IMG/VR virus record: IMGVR_UViG_3300046660_000488
Coordinates: 372,001-436,000 of that record
Strand: one strand, 5' to 3'
Length of the DNA stretch: 64,000 bases
The translations under genes were made by a program, and so were the position numbers. Below the pieces are notes generated by a model. It saw only the letters and a list, made by a program, of their open reading frames with translations, was not told the origin of the DNA and searched no databases. Of this stretch, positions 8,858-18,731 are shown piece by piece. The first letter of the stretch is position 1, and every line of letters begins with the position of its first letter.

Positions 8858-9577
8858 ATGGGGTCCAGTACACTGGACCTCATGAAAACCTATGCGATTT
8901 ACCTAGACCTCGACGGGGTCATGGCCGATTACGACGCCGGAATTCGGCGCTTCGGCTTCACGCCCGATCCGGCGCTTAACCGGTCGGCCCACCTTCTTCC
9001 CGGCTCTAAGAGCGAGAAGAAGCGGGAAATGTACGAGGCCATCAAGGGCAAGCATTTCTACGATGAACTGCCCTTCCTGCCCGGCGCGATCCAACTCTAC
9101 GACTACGTCAAGGACGCGGACCCAATCATCCTGACTGCTGCTCCGAAATTTGGCGCCGGTGAGGATGACTACTATCTGAACCCCTACTGGCTGGGCGCTG
9201 CGTTCCACAAGCGCAACTGGGTCGAGACCCGGTTGATCCCGGCCGCAGAGAGCTTTAGCGACGGCAAGCTCTACAATCCTGACAACCTGTCGGATGAGGT
9301 GTTGGTTCAGAAAGCCATCGACTGGATCGACAGCGAGGAAGTGTCGCTGCGCTCAGCCATCGACGACACGCGGTTCATCTGCACGACGTCGGCGCGGAAA
9401 CAGGAATTCATCAACCGCAAGCACAGCATCCATCAAATCCTGATCGACGACCGTGGCGACAACATCGACCGCTGGGAAGCCGCAGGCGGCATCGGCATCT
9501 GCTACACGACGTTCGAGGACGCCAAATCCCAACTCGACGACATCATGTTCCACGACCCGGCCAACTTCAACCAATAG
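8858..9577 (+). CDS. HAD-family 5'(3')-deoxyribonucleotidase
   Basis: YLDLDGVMAD, ILTA, LIDDR..N...W..AGG.GI. Confidence 0.85.
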   Translation: MGSSTLDLMKTYAIYLDLDGVMADYDAGIRRFGFTPDPALNRSAHLLPGSKSEKKREMYEAIKGKHFYDELPFLPGAIQLYDYVKDADPIILTAAPKFGAGEDDYYLNPYWLGAAFHKRNWVETRLIPAAESFSDGKLYNPDNLSDEVLVQKAIDWIDSEEVSLRSAIDDTRFICTTSARKQEFINRKHSIHQILIDDRGDNIDRWEAAGGIGICYTTFEDAKSQLDDIMFHDPANFNQ

Positions 9578-9642
9578 TACGAAACTCGTTGACGAGTTGC
9601 ATTGCGCGTGCAAAGCTCCACCATCAACATGGAGACTTGCAC

Positions 9643-10548
9643 GTGATCAACCCGCAGGAAGTCGAAGCGATATTGATGGACAGTCTGAGCCCGACCGGGG
9701 TTCTGGTCCAAGGCGTGATGCGGACGTTCGGCATCGACCTCGACAAGCTGGAGAAGCACCGCCAGACCTACAAGGACTGGATCGCGCAGCTTCCCACTGA
9801 ATTCCTGTCGGAGAAAGAAGGCGGCGGGGGCGGCTACTCGATGCTGAACCTCTGCGTCACCAAGGACGGCGAACTATGGACCGGTATGCAGTCCACCACG
9901 GACCTGCTGTTCGTCGGCGCCGCCGCTCTGGGCTTGGCCACCTATCTGATGCCGCGCGAAATGTGGCGGATGCTTCCGGGCTCGATGCCCTACATGGTCT
10001 TCACCACGGAAGACCCGAACCCCGACTCCATCGAACGCAAGTACATGATGCACCGGATGCTTCCGGACGGCGGCAAGGTTCGCCTGTGCATCGACGCCAA
10101 GGCGCCGCCGACGAAGGAAGAATTGGATGTCGCCTTCACCTACGTCCTGTCGGCGCTGTCACCATACGCCAATTGGACGTTGCAGGTGATGGAGGCCAAA
10201 GACCCGCTGGACGGCCGCGATGCGACTGTCATGAAGGTCTACACGCCCGATAACGCCAGCGACCTGATGCAGTACAAGCTGGGCGACGGTGACCAACCGG
10301 CCGAAATCCTGACGGTCGGAACGCGGGAAGAGATCGCCAAGGTCCCGCAGAAAATGATCATGTTGCAACAGACCGGCGTCGAAGATGGTCCGCGCGTCCA
10401 GAAGAGCCGCTACGACAGCCTGTTCGTGACCCTGATGTACGGCGACGGGGCGCGCCAGCGTCTGCACGGCGAAATGGGTGACCTGACGGTCTACCTGCCG
10501 GTCAAGAAGACGGTCCAAGCTCCGGAAGTCCAGCCTGAAGCTTCTTGA
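9643..10548 (+). CDS. two-domain hypothetical protein
   Basis: GGAG RBS and GTG start; GGGYSMLNLCVTKDGELWTG motif. Confidence 0.7.
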   Translation: MINPQEVEAILMDSLSPTGVLVQGVMRTFGIDLDKLEKHRQTYKDWIAQLPTEFLSEKEGGGGGYSMLNLCVTKDGELWTGMQSTTDLLFVGAAALGLATYLMPREMWRMLPGSMPYMVFTTEDPNPDSIERKYMMHRMLPDGGKVRLCIDAKAPPTKEELDVAFTYVLSALSPYANWTLQVMEAKDPLDGRDATVMKVYTPDNASDLMQYKLGDGDQPAEILTVGTREEIAKVPQKMIMLQQTGVEDGPRVQKSRYDSLFVTLMYGDGARQRLHGEMGDLTVYLPVKKTVQAPEVQPEAS

Positions 10549-10741
10549 CGTGCTCGTAGACCTCGTCGAGGTTCTTCTGCGCGCCGAGAACTTGCCGCTC
10601 TAGGGCGGCAAGCTCGAATTTCAGCAGGTCGTTGACACCCCGCACCTTGGCCATGTTGACCTTCAGTTCGGCGTTCTCCTTCTCGGAGGCGTCGAGCCTC
10701 GCCTGAAGGCGAGTCAGCGGGGTGTCGAGTTTGTGGGTCAT
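10502..10741 (-). CDS. coiled-coil hypothetical protein
   Basis: Operon position and heptad pattern. Confidence 0.6.
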   Translation of the reverse strand: MTHKLDTPLTRLQARLDASEKENAELKVNMAKVRGVNDLLKFELAALERQVLGAQKNLDEVYEHVKKLQAGLPELGPSS

Positions 10742-10747
10742 TGACCG

Positions 10748-11065
10748 TTACCCATGGTAATCGTCCATGTCGTCCACGAACTCGCCGCACTCTTCGTCGA
10801 AAACAGGATCGTCGTCATCGTCAAGCAACTCCGTCGCCTGATCGGCCATCAGGTTGGCGTTGTGCTCGTCCACCAGCTTGGTGGCGAACGATACCGCGTC
10901 ATCCAGCGTCAGGAAGGCGTCCGACGCCACGCGGAAGACGATCTGCGACGGAACACCGTCGAGGGCGTCTACGCGGGCCACGGGGACGTAAAAGCGGCCG
11001 TCTTCTCGGGTGACCGGATTGCCGACCGTCAGGAATTCCAGCACGAAAGCTTCGTCCAGCATCAC
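10748..11065 (-). CDS. hypothetical protein with an acidic tail
   Basis: Coupled to the upstream ORF. Confidence 0.65.
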   Translation of the reverse strand: MMLDEAFVLEFLTVGNPVTREDGRFYVPVARVDALDGVPSQIVFRVASDAFLTLDDAVSFATKLVDEHNANLMADQATELLDDDDDPVFDEECGEFVDDMDDYHG

Positions 11066-11508
11066 GCCACCGCCTTCTTGTTCTTCGAGCCCGGCGGGCG
11101 ACCACGGCGACGCGGCGCCATCGGCGTGCCGTCTTCGTTCAGCATCGGCTCAGGGACCTTCTTCTTGACGCCTGTGCCCGGCTTGCGGCCACGGCGCTTG
11201 CCCTGCGGCACGGCCTCGCCGAACGTGTCCATGCCGTAGATCGAGCCGATGGTTTGCAGGGTCATGCCGTCGATCTTGCGGACCTGATCGCCCATGATCA
11301 CGCGCGGCGAACCGTCGATGGTCGAGATCGTATCGAACTGAACCCGACCGGCCTTCTCGTAGACCTTCAGGCCGACGAGCGTAAAGGTCCCGACGCCACG
11401 CGCCAGCGGCGCGCCCGACAGGTCCACGCCCTTGTAGACGGCCTCGATTTCGGTGTTCTTGTGGATGATGCCGGTCTCAGTGAGCTTCCGAATGAGTGCA
11501 ATGTTCAC
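11062..11508 (-). CDS. AT-hook-containing DNA-binding protein
   Basis: KRRGRKP and RRRGRPPGSKNK. Confidence 0.7.
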   Translation of the reverse strand: MNIALIRKLTETGIIHKNTEIEAVYKGVDLSGAPLARGVGTFTLVGLKVYEKAGRVQFDTISTIDGSPRVIMGDQVRKIDGMTLQTIGSIYGMDTFGEAVPQGKRRGRKPGTGVKKKVPEPMLNEDGTPMAPRRRGRPPGSKNKKAVA

Positions 11509-12167
11509 GAAACAATCTCTTCTCGAAGAATGGATTTTGAAATGGAGGTAATCAAATCGTTGACACCCATCATGGCGACCATGATGTCGGTCTCAGAGTT
11601 CAAAAATAGGTTTGGGGAGTCGTCTCCAGTGAGCCAGCAAGTATCGGTGTTGTTCCGGCTCAGGAGGTAGACGTCGAACCAGTCATAAAATTCTGACCAG
11701 TCCTCTGGCGTAAAGGATCGTTTGAATTCGATCTTGTAGCGATACTTGCTCCAATAGAGCATGTCGGTGATTTCAGTCTTGATCTTACTCTTGCGGGACT
11801 TCTTGAGATAGTCGATCTCCGCTAGAGATTGCGGTCGGCTCACCTGCCGAACGTGCTTGAGATTGGAGGCGACGAACCGCTTTGCGGTCTCCGCGTCCAC
11901 GAAGAAAAAGCTGTAGCTGTGCTTGGTATTGTCGCGGACCTTCCAGTCGGAAGGCTCGCCGCTCAGGGTTTCAGTGCGGCGTTTCAGGAACCGCTTCTTG
12001 GCCTTGTCGAACGCCGCGCGCAGTACGTATGCGTCAGGCGGTGCCATGCCATCGCAGTTAGGGGGAACGACGCCGTGGTTCACGGTCACTCTGAACGGGT
12101 ACTTCCCCCAGAACAGATTCGTGATGGGCGTATAGTTCACCCCACGGTGAACGTCAAACGAGTCCAT
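11505..12167 (-). CDS. hypothetical protein
   Basis: Coupled ORF with LFWGKYPF and LYWSKYRY internal repeats. Confidence 0.7.
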   Translation of the reverse strand: MDSFDVHRGVNYTPITNLFWGKYPFRVTVNHGVVPPNCDGMAPPDAYVLRAAFDKAKKRFLKRRTETLSGEPSDWKVRDNTKHSYSFFFVDAETAKRFVASNLKHVRQVSRPQSLAEIDYLKKSRKSKIKTEITDMLYWSKYRYKIEFKRSFTPEDWSEFYDWFDVYLLSRNNTDTCWLTGDDSPNLFLNSETDIMVAMMGVNDLITSISKSILREEIVS

Positions 12168-12275
12168 AAAATGCGCTCAAGTATAAGTAGAACAATACAC
12201 AAGTCTCTGCTCCTGAAATTACGAGCAGAGGGCACTGGGGTTGCTGGACGAAAATTTCCCAGCAACCCCTATACT

Positions 12276-14555
12276 TTACACGTTGATAACCACGTTGTCA
12301 TCAACAATCGCGATGTTCGCATCGCCGCCGTTTTCCAGAGAACCGATCACGATCAACTTGGAAAGAGGCTTGGCGACATTGTCGGACAGGACGCGCTTGA
12401 GCGGTCGAGCGCCCATGAGCGGGTCGTAGCCCTTGTCGCCCAGCCAGTCCAAGGCCTCTTGCGTGAACGACAGATTGACGTTTCGCAGGGAGGCCATTTC
12501 CTGAAGCTGGCGAACGAACTTGGCCACGATGTGCAGCATGTTCGCCTTGTCCAGCCTGTCGAAGCGGATGTGGGCGTCCAGACGGTTCATGAACTCCGGG
12601 GTGAAGAACGCCTTGATCGCGGCGGTATCGCCGCCGACGTTCTCTTGCGATCCGAAACCGATCCGGTTCTTGGCCCGATCACGCGCCCCGGCATTCGAGG
12701 TCATGATCAGATGGATGTACCGGCAGTCGATGGTCTTGTTCGACGAGTCGGTGAACGAACCATTGTCCATGATCTGGAGGAAGATGTTCAGGACGTCCGG
12801 GTGAGCTTTCTCGATCTCATCCAGCAGCACCACGCAATGAGGCGTGTCGCTGACGCTCTGGGACAGCAGGCCAGCCTGATCCGAGTAGCCGACATAGCCG
12901 GGAGGGGCGCCGATCAGCCTGCTGACCGTGTGCTTCTCCATGTACTCGGACATGTCGATCCGGATGAGAGGCAGGTTGTAGACGTCCGCGAAGACCTTGG
13001 TGACTTCGGTCTTACCCACGCCGGTCGGGCCGGTGAACAGGTAGGCTCCAGCCGTCTTGTGGTTCTCACGCAGGCCAGCCTTGCTCAGGTAGATCGCGTC
13101 GATCAGGGCGGTGATCGCCGCTTCCTGCCCGAAGACGTTGGCGCGCATCTGCTCGTCGAGACGGATGATGCGTTCCTTGTCGCCCTCGGCCATTTTCTTC
13201 GGCGGGATTTTGGCGATCTGCTCAACTTCGGCCTCGATCTCTTCGACCGTGATCAGACCCTTGCGCTCGACACCTTCCTTCAGGACGTTCTGGGACGCGC
13301 CAGCGCAGTCGATCAGGTCGATGGCCTTGTCGGGCAGGAGCTTGCCGCTGATGTAACGGTGCGACAGGTCAACGGCCGCCACGAGGGCTTCGTCCGTGAA
13401 TTCGACGTTGTGGAAGGTCGAGTAATAGGGCGCGAGGCCGCGCAGGATGTCCTTGGCGTCGTCCAGCGACGGTTCGAACACATCCACCTTGCCGAATCGG
13501 CGAACGAGTGCCGTGTCCTTCTCGAAGTGCTTGTGGAACTCTGACGACGTCGTCGAGCCCATGCAGCGCAGCGTGCCCTTGGCCAGAGCAGGCTTCAGGA
13601 GGTTGGCCGCGTCCATCGTGCCGCTGTTGCCAGCCCCGGCGCCCATGATCATATGGATTTCGTCGATGAACAGGATCGACTTGGGCTTCAGTTCAAGGGC
13701 GTTGATGACTTGCTTCATCCGCTCTTCGAAATCACCGCGATAGCGAGCGCCAGCCACCAGAGCGGCCAGATCAAGCGCATAGACGGTCGAGTCCAGCAGG
13801 ATGGCCGGAACCTCGGAGCGAACGATCTTCAGGGCCAGACCTTCGGCGATGGCCGTCTTGCCAACACCCGGTTCACCCACCAGCAGCGGGTTGTTCTTCG
13901 TCCGGCGGGCGAGGATTTTGACGACGGAGTCCACTTCCTTCGTCCGGCCGATCAGCGGGTCGATGCTCTTGGTGTTGGCCCGCTCATTCAGGTTGACCGT
14001 GTAAAGCGCCAGAATGGAGTCGGCATCAGCTTCGGTCGTCGGCTTGGGCGGCGCCGTGGTCGGCTCGTCACCAGACATGATATGGCGTGCAAGACCGATG
14101 GTCGGCTTCTTGCCGTGCGACATGAAGCGCATCAGGGCCAGCGGATCGACGCCGAACTTTTGCAGGATCACGACCGCGTAACTGTCCTCCATCTTGGAGC
14201 CAGCCAGTTGCAGCAGGACATCCAGAGGGGTGACGTCAGGATCGGTGTGGGCGGCCTTCTTGCCGGTCGCGTTGAACACCAGTTCATTGGCGCGCGGGCT
14301 CGGCTCCGGCTCTTCGTCGCTGGCAGGAATGAGGCCTTCGGAGTAGAACGACTCCAACTCTTCCTGAATGCCCTCGACGTCGATCTTCATCCCTTCAAGG
14401 GCGGAGACCACATCTTCCTGCTCCAGAAGCGACGACAGCAGGTGTTCGAGGGTGATGAAAGCATGTCTGCGTTCGGTGGCGATTCGTCTAGCCCGAAGAA
14501 ACATCGCGGCTGTACGCTCAGTTTGAGCGCTATTCTCAGGCAAATCACTCATCAA
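12276..14555 (-). CDS. clpA: ATP-dependent Clp protease ATP-binding subunit ClpA
   Basis: Two AAA+ modules ([16 protein letters not shown]), [12 protein letters not shown], an IGF ClpP-docking loop and no ClpB middle domain. Confidence 0.95.
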   Translation of the reverse strand: MMSDLPENSAQTERTAAMFLRARRIATERRHAFITLEHLLSSLLEQEDVVSALEGMKIDVEGIQEELESFYSEGLIPASDEEPEPSPRANELVFNATGKKAAHTDPDVTPLDVLLQLAGSKMEDSYAVVILQKFGVDPLALMRFMSHGKKPTIGLARHIMSGDEPTTAPPKPTTEADADSILALYTVNLNERANTKSIDPLIGRTKEVDSVVKILARRTKNNPLLVGEPGVGKTAIAEGLALKIVRSEVPAILLDSTVYALDLAALVAGARYRGDFEERMKQVINALELKPKSILFIDEIHMIMGAGAGNSGTMDAANLLKPALAKGTLRCMGSTTSSEFHKHFEKDTALVRRFGKVDVFEPSLDDAKDILRGLAPYYSTFHNVEFTDEALVAAVDLSHRYISGKLLPDKAIDLIDCAGASQNVLKEGVERKGLITVEEIEAEVEQIAKIPPKKMAEGDKERIIRLDEQMRANVFGQEAAITALIDAIYLSKAGLRENHKTAGAYLFTGPTGVGKTEVTKVFADVYNLPLIRIDMSEYMEKHTVSRLIGAPPGYVGYSDQAGLLSQSVSDTPHCVVLLDEIEKAHPDVLNIFLQIMDNGSFTDSSNKTIDCRYIHLIMTSNAGARDRAKNRIGFGSQENVGGDTAAIKAFFTPEFMNRLDAHIRFDRLDKANMLHIVAKFVRQLQEMASLRNVNLSFTQEALDWLGDKGYDPLMGARPLKRVLSDNVAKPLSKLIVIGSLENGGDANIAIVDDNVVINV

Positions 14556-14562
14556 AAATACC

Positions 14563-15057
14563 TTATCTACGCAATGTCTTACCTCCCGATCCTTTGGCCC
14601 TCGATAATACGAGGCGGGAGACGAGAGACACGAACGTCACCCCGTTCAGGTGGTCCGTCTCATGAAGGTAGCAGCGTGCGTCGAGATTGGCAAACATTTC
14701 GTTTACCAAATTTCCGGCCGCGTCCTGATAGCGCACCTCGGCGGTGATCGGCCGGGATACCTTCAGGAAAAGGCCGGGGAAGCTCAGGCAACCCTCATCA
14801 TCCTTGGCCTTGGTCTCGGAGACCGACAGGATTTCCGGGTTGAAGACGCCGATCTGGCGGCCGTCGCTCGTCTCCATGACGAACATGCGGTAGGGCAGGT
14901 TGACTTGCGGAGCGGCCAGACCGATGCCGCGCTCGCGCTTCATCGTAGACAGCATTTCGCCCACCAACCATTTCGGGTCGGCGGGCGGATTTTCGAAGTC
15001 GAAGGGAGGGGTGGGCTCCGACAGGATGGGGTGTGAATCGGGTACGAGGGTGAACAT
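14563..15057 (-). CDS. def: peptide deformylase
   Basis: GIGLAAPQV, EGCLSFP, HETDHLNG. Confidence 0.96.
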   Translation of the reverse strand: MFTLVPDSHPILSEPTPPFDFENPPADPKWLVGEMLSTMKRERGIGLAAPQVNLPYRMFVMETSDGRQIGVFNPEILSVSETKAKDDEGCLSFPGLFLKVSRPITAEVRYQDAAGNLVNEMFANLDARCYLHETDHLNGVTFVSLVSRLVLSRAKGSGGKTLRR

Positions 15058-15683
15058 TACAGTCTGGAGCGGATGATCTCGTGCATGACTTCGATCCCAG
15101 CGACCTTCAGGTCGTTGCAGGCTTTGGCGTCGCCCATCGAGACGATGTCGCGAAGCGAGGCGTGGATCAAGTAGGTTTCGGTGAACATCAGGCCGCGAAC
15201 CTGCGAAGCCCGCTCGTAGGAGATCATCCCCGGCGCCGTGCCCTCGCGGACAGTGATGTTGTGGCCAAGGCGGCTCATTTCGATGCCGAAGTCGCGGTTG
15301 GCCTTGATGCAGGCCTCTTGGTTGACCGGCGCGCCACGGTTCACAGCGCCACGACCCAGTTCACCGGCCTTGATCCTGTTGGAGACGTTGGCACACAATT
15401 GGGTCACGCAGCGGCTGTTGACGGCCGAGCCGACGATCTGAGCCATCTGGCTGAGGTCTTGAACGTTGGGGTCGAGGCCCTGATAGGTCGGCGAGACATA
15501 GCGCGTCTGGCCGTTGGCCATGCGCTGCTGATATTGATACTGCGGATACGGACGATCCTGCTGGCGGGTCTGCGGGCCATTGACGGCCGCCACCGCGTCG
15601 CGGGTCACGCTTGGATCGAACTGCTGGGCGTTCGCGCTCGAAGCGAACAGGACAGCGGCGATAGCAAGACCGGCGAGACGCAA
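15057..15683 (-). CDS. secreted/periplasmic hypothetical protein
   Basis: Signal peptide MRLAGLAIAAVLFASSANA; GGAGG RBS. Confidence 0.7.
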   Translation of the reverse strand: MRLAGLAIAAVLFASSANAQQFDPSVTRDAVAAVNGPQTRQQDRPYPQYQYQQRMANGQTRYVSPTYQGLDPNVQDLSQMAQIVGSAVNSRCVTQLCANVSNRIKAGELGRGAVNRGAPVNQEACIKANRDFGIEMSRLGHNITVREGTAPGMISYERASQVRGLMFTETYLIHASLRDIVSMGDAKACNDLKVAGIEVMHEIIRSRL

Positions 15684-15711
15684 GGTGACCTCCAGAGCAA
15701 TTTCGATTTGG

Positions 15712-16596
15712 CTACGTAGCAGAGTTTTGCTTCTCTTGCAAGTCTTTTACTTGCAAAAGCAGGCCTTTTTGCTCGTCCGTCAAGTCCTTGGGGACCGTGA
15801 TGTTGATGACCGCAAAGAGATCACCACGCTCACCACCGCGCTCAAGGTCCGGCAGACCGTAGCCGCTGATCCTCACCGACGACCCTGACACCTTGGTCGG
15901 AACGCCGAAATAAAGCTCTTCGCCCTCCAGCGTCACGATCTTGGCCGCGCCGCTGATCATCAGTTCAAGGGCATCCACGTCAACGCGGGCATGCAGGTTC
16001 GCGCCGTTGCGCTCGAACGCACGATGCGGCTTGACCCTTACCGTCAGGTAAAGGTCTCCAGCCTTGCCGCTCACCCAGTTCCCCATGCCCGGAACACGCA
16101 GCCGCGTACCGTGGTGAATGCCCGGTGGGATTTTCACGTTCAGGGTCTTGGCCGTTTCGAGGCCGGGATCGACCTCGATGTTCACGTTGGCCCCATTCAG
16201 TACCGAAATCAGGTCGATATCGACGGCGGCTTGCCGGTCCATCATCTGGCGACGGATGTGTTCGTCTTGGCGCCTGAAAATTTCCCGATAGCGATCCGCG
16301 AACGGGTTGTTGTCGTCGAACGCGAATTCCTGCCACCAGCCGCCCGCCGCGTCGGCGTTGCGGAAACCGTTCGGGCCATGCGGGTTCTGGCTGAAAGGGC
16401 TCGACGCCTGCTTCCACTCATTGCGCTTGGCCTGCGTGGCGATTTTCTCGTAAGCGGCTGAAATCTCTTTGAAACGAGCGTCGTCACCCCCGTTGCGATC
16501 CGGGTGATGTTCCTTGGCCAGCTTGCGGTAGGCCGACTTGATCTCGTCGTCGGTGGCGGTCTCTGCGACGCCAAGGGTGGTGAAGGGATTGCTCAT
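15712..16596 (-). CDS. dnaJ: DnaJ/CbpA-type J-domain chaperone without a Zn finger
   Basis: J-domain with HPD and a DnaJ C-terminal domain (GDLYL, GDLFA). Confidence 0.9.
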   Translation of the reverse strand: MSNPFTTLGVAETATDDEIKSAYRKLAKEHHPDRNGGDDARFKEISAAYEKIATQAKRNEWKQASSPFSQNPHGPNGFRNADAAGGWWQEFAFDDNNPFADRYREIFRRQDEHIRRQMMDRQAAVDIDLISVLNGANVNIEVDPGLETAKTLNVKIPPGIHHGTRLRVPGMGNWVSGKAGDLYLTVRVKPHRAFERNGANLHARVDVDALELMISGAAKIVTLEGEELYFGVPTKVSGSSVRISGYGLPDLERGGERGDLFAVINITVPKDLTDEQKGLLLQVKDLQEKQNSAT

Positions 16597-16672
16597 TAAC
16601 GAAATTATAACCCAATGGTAAGCCTAAAGCAGTAAAATCCAGCTTTAAGGCCAAGTATTTAGGGCCATCCCA

Positions 16673-16700
16673 TTGACATTGCGGGAATCTATAGTAGGAT
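16673..16700 (+). promoter_or_regulatory. sigma70-type promoter, back to back with a minus-strand late motif at 16656-16661
   Basis: TTGACA-16-TAGGAT. Confidence 0.6.
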
Positions 16701-16731
16701 TACTTTGTTGAAACGGTAGGAGACAGCACAC

Positions 16732-17157
16732 ATGACGAAACTGGTAAAACGGTTGGCCATCGACGCCCTGCTCGCCTACCTGTTCTATCGGTTCAGCCGC
16801 GTGGTGTTCGTCGTCGTCCTGTTTTTCGCGGCCATCTTTGGCTATGGCGTGATCAGTAGCGCGTGGTCTGATTTCCGCGCCCATGGCGGCGGCGAGCAAA
16901 TCGACCCTGCAACGGCCGCTTCATTCAGCTACAACACCGACGTCAACAACAGCCAAGTGAACTGGACCTTCCGCAACACGTCGGATCGCGTTTTGGGTTC
17001 GGTCGAGATTGCATGCGTGGCCAATGGCACGGAGACCCTGTTCTTGGCGGGCGACTATGTCGCTCCGGGCCAAGAGGTCAGCGGCGCCAAATACAACTCG
17101 ACCTTCGGCTATGACACGCGGTGTCACCTCGCCGATGCGAGACTGTACGACAAGTGA
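16732..17157 (+). CDS. membrane-anchored hypothetical protein
   Basis: AGGAG RBS, hydrophobic N-terminus, beta-rich C-terminal domain. Confidence 0.7.
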   Translation: MTKLVKRLAIDALLAYLFYRFSRVVFVVVLFFAAIFGYGVISSAWSDFRAHGGGEQIDPATAASFSYNTDVNNSQVNWTFRNTSDRVLGSVEIACVANGTETLFLAGDYVAPGQEVSGAKYNSTFGYDTRCHLADARLYDK

Positions 17158-17160
17158 CTG

Positions 17161-17860
17161 ATCAGGCGGGCTTGCCCGCCTGATGGTTTGGATGACACAC
17201 TCGCTATCGCTCGCTGGCTGTCATCCAAACCGATTTGACTGTCCTTCCTTGAGACAGTTTCTTTCCTTGTATCCTAGATTTATGTTGCATTTCTCTCCCC
17301 CTACCACAAGCAATCCCCCGTAAAGGGGGACTGACTTGCGGTAAAGGGAGAAGTGCAGACGATCCTGAGTTCGTAGTTGCTCAACCCGTGGCGTACCGCG
17401 TCTATAGCGGGGCTGGCGGTTCTCCTGTACCAGCTTGTTGCACACGTTATCTCGATCCGACCCACCTGAAGGTGGTCGAGTTGCGTCTTGACCGGTGGAT
17501 GTGCCTTTCGGCGCTTTCATCCCCGAGACGTGCTTGACGGGTGGTCGTGTGTGATCTGAACGGTTATGGCTCCCTCTCGGGGCCAATCTTACAGACCTCG
17601 CCGGTTGAGAGACGGGTCCGCACGGATAGTTGTCAAACGCGAGACATAGCTATCCTCTTTCATAAAAAGCCTTTCGTGGACCAAATTCTGGTTCACCAAG
17701 CGGCTGTGACGGGATATGCTCGCCGTGGGGCTTTCACCCGCGTGGCAATCCGACCTACTTGTTCGGTGCGCTCCTGACGTTCCGGTCCGTTGATCCCGGT
17801 TGGTCGGTTGGGCTGGGCTACCCGATACTTACTGCCCTGCGCGTATAGCTGTAAGTTGGA
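17161..17860 (+). ncRNA. candidate large structured non-coding RNA (or structured origin region)
   Basis: No credible ORF; at least ten hairpins and a multibranch junction; G.U pairs consistently on the + strand. Confidence 0.55.
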
Positions 17861-17877
17861 CAATAGAATCATAACGT

Positions 17878-18318
17878 GTGCTGAGTCAAAATGAATCGGT
17901 GGTTGCATTGAACTTAGATGTTTGGCGGTTCCAAGATGACCGGCTGGTCATGGTGCTGACGCCGATCAATTCGGACGGCGGCAATGATCGTGCGATTTAC
18001 ACGCCGGGCACTCCAGAATCCGAAGCGTTCAAGTTGCTGCGCGATGACACGATGTCGAAAAGGCATACCATCCTCTTGGTGGCCGACTGCATCGTTGAGG
18101 GTATTTTCAAGTTCAGTCTTTTCAAGACGGTGGCGCCATGGACGCCGGACGCGGACGTCAGGCTGCGCGAGAATTCGATCCTGACCGAATTCTTCGAAAG
18201 ATGCCCGGCGACCCGCATGGAGAAAATGCAGCACGTTCCGGGTGTTGACGCTTCGACTGAATTGAACATCTACATCCGGATAGAAGACCTGATGTTCCTG
18301 CGGATGATGTACTCATGA
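17878..18318 (+). CDS. paralogue family protein 1
   Basis: ENSILTEFFERCPATR...YIRIEDLMFLRMMYS. Confidence 0.75.
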   Translation: MLSQNESVVALNLDVWRFQDDRLVMVLTPINSDGGNDRAIYTPGTPESEAFKLLRDDTMSKRHTILLVADCIVEGIFKFSLFKTVAPWTPDADVRLRENSILTEFFERCPATRMEKMQHVPGVDASTELNIYIRIEDLMFLRMMYS

Positions 18319-18731
18319 AACTCGACGTCTGGAGTTTTCACGAAGGACTGCTGAACCTCGTCATCACGCCGATGCCCAAGGGCGTCAGCCATAGTTTGGC
18401 AGACGGACGTCGCACATGGCCGCCATCGACGTCGGCGTGGTGTATCGCGTTCAATAAATTCCAAGCCGACGCCCGCAAAGATAACCGCGCCATCACCCTC
18501 GTGACCGTGACCATCGAGGACGGCGTGTACGAATTCGCCGTGGCCAATATGGCGGAGCCTCGCTCGGGCTGGGCGATCCAGAACAACTCCATGCTGTCGG
18601 AATTCTTCGAGCGATGCCCGGCGGCTCGAACCAAGGTCGTGAACCTTCACCCTGACATTGCGGACGCCACCCGGACGCTGGTCTACATCCGGCAAGAAGA
18701 CTTGATGTTCCTGCGGATGCTCTACGCATGA
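18315..18731 (+). CDS. paralogue family protein 2
   Basis: NNSMLSEFFERCPAAR...YIRQEDLMFLRMLYA. Confidence 0.8.
   Translation: MKLDVWSFHEGLLNLVITPMPKGVSHSLADGRRTWPPSTSAWCIAFNKFQADARKDNRAITLVTVTIEDGVYEFAVANMAEPRSGWAIQNNSMLSEFFERCPAARTKVVNLHPDIADATRTLVYIRQEDLMFLRMLYA

Noticed and set aside
17221-17908. Short ORFs in the structured region (17221-17586, 17541-17777, 17693-17908)
   Set aside because: They have atypical codon usage and no RBS, and they conflict with one another.
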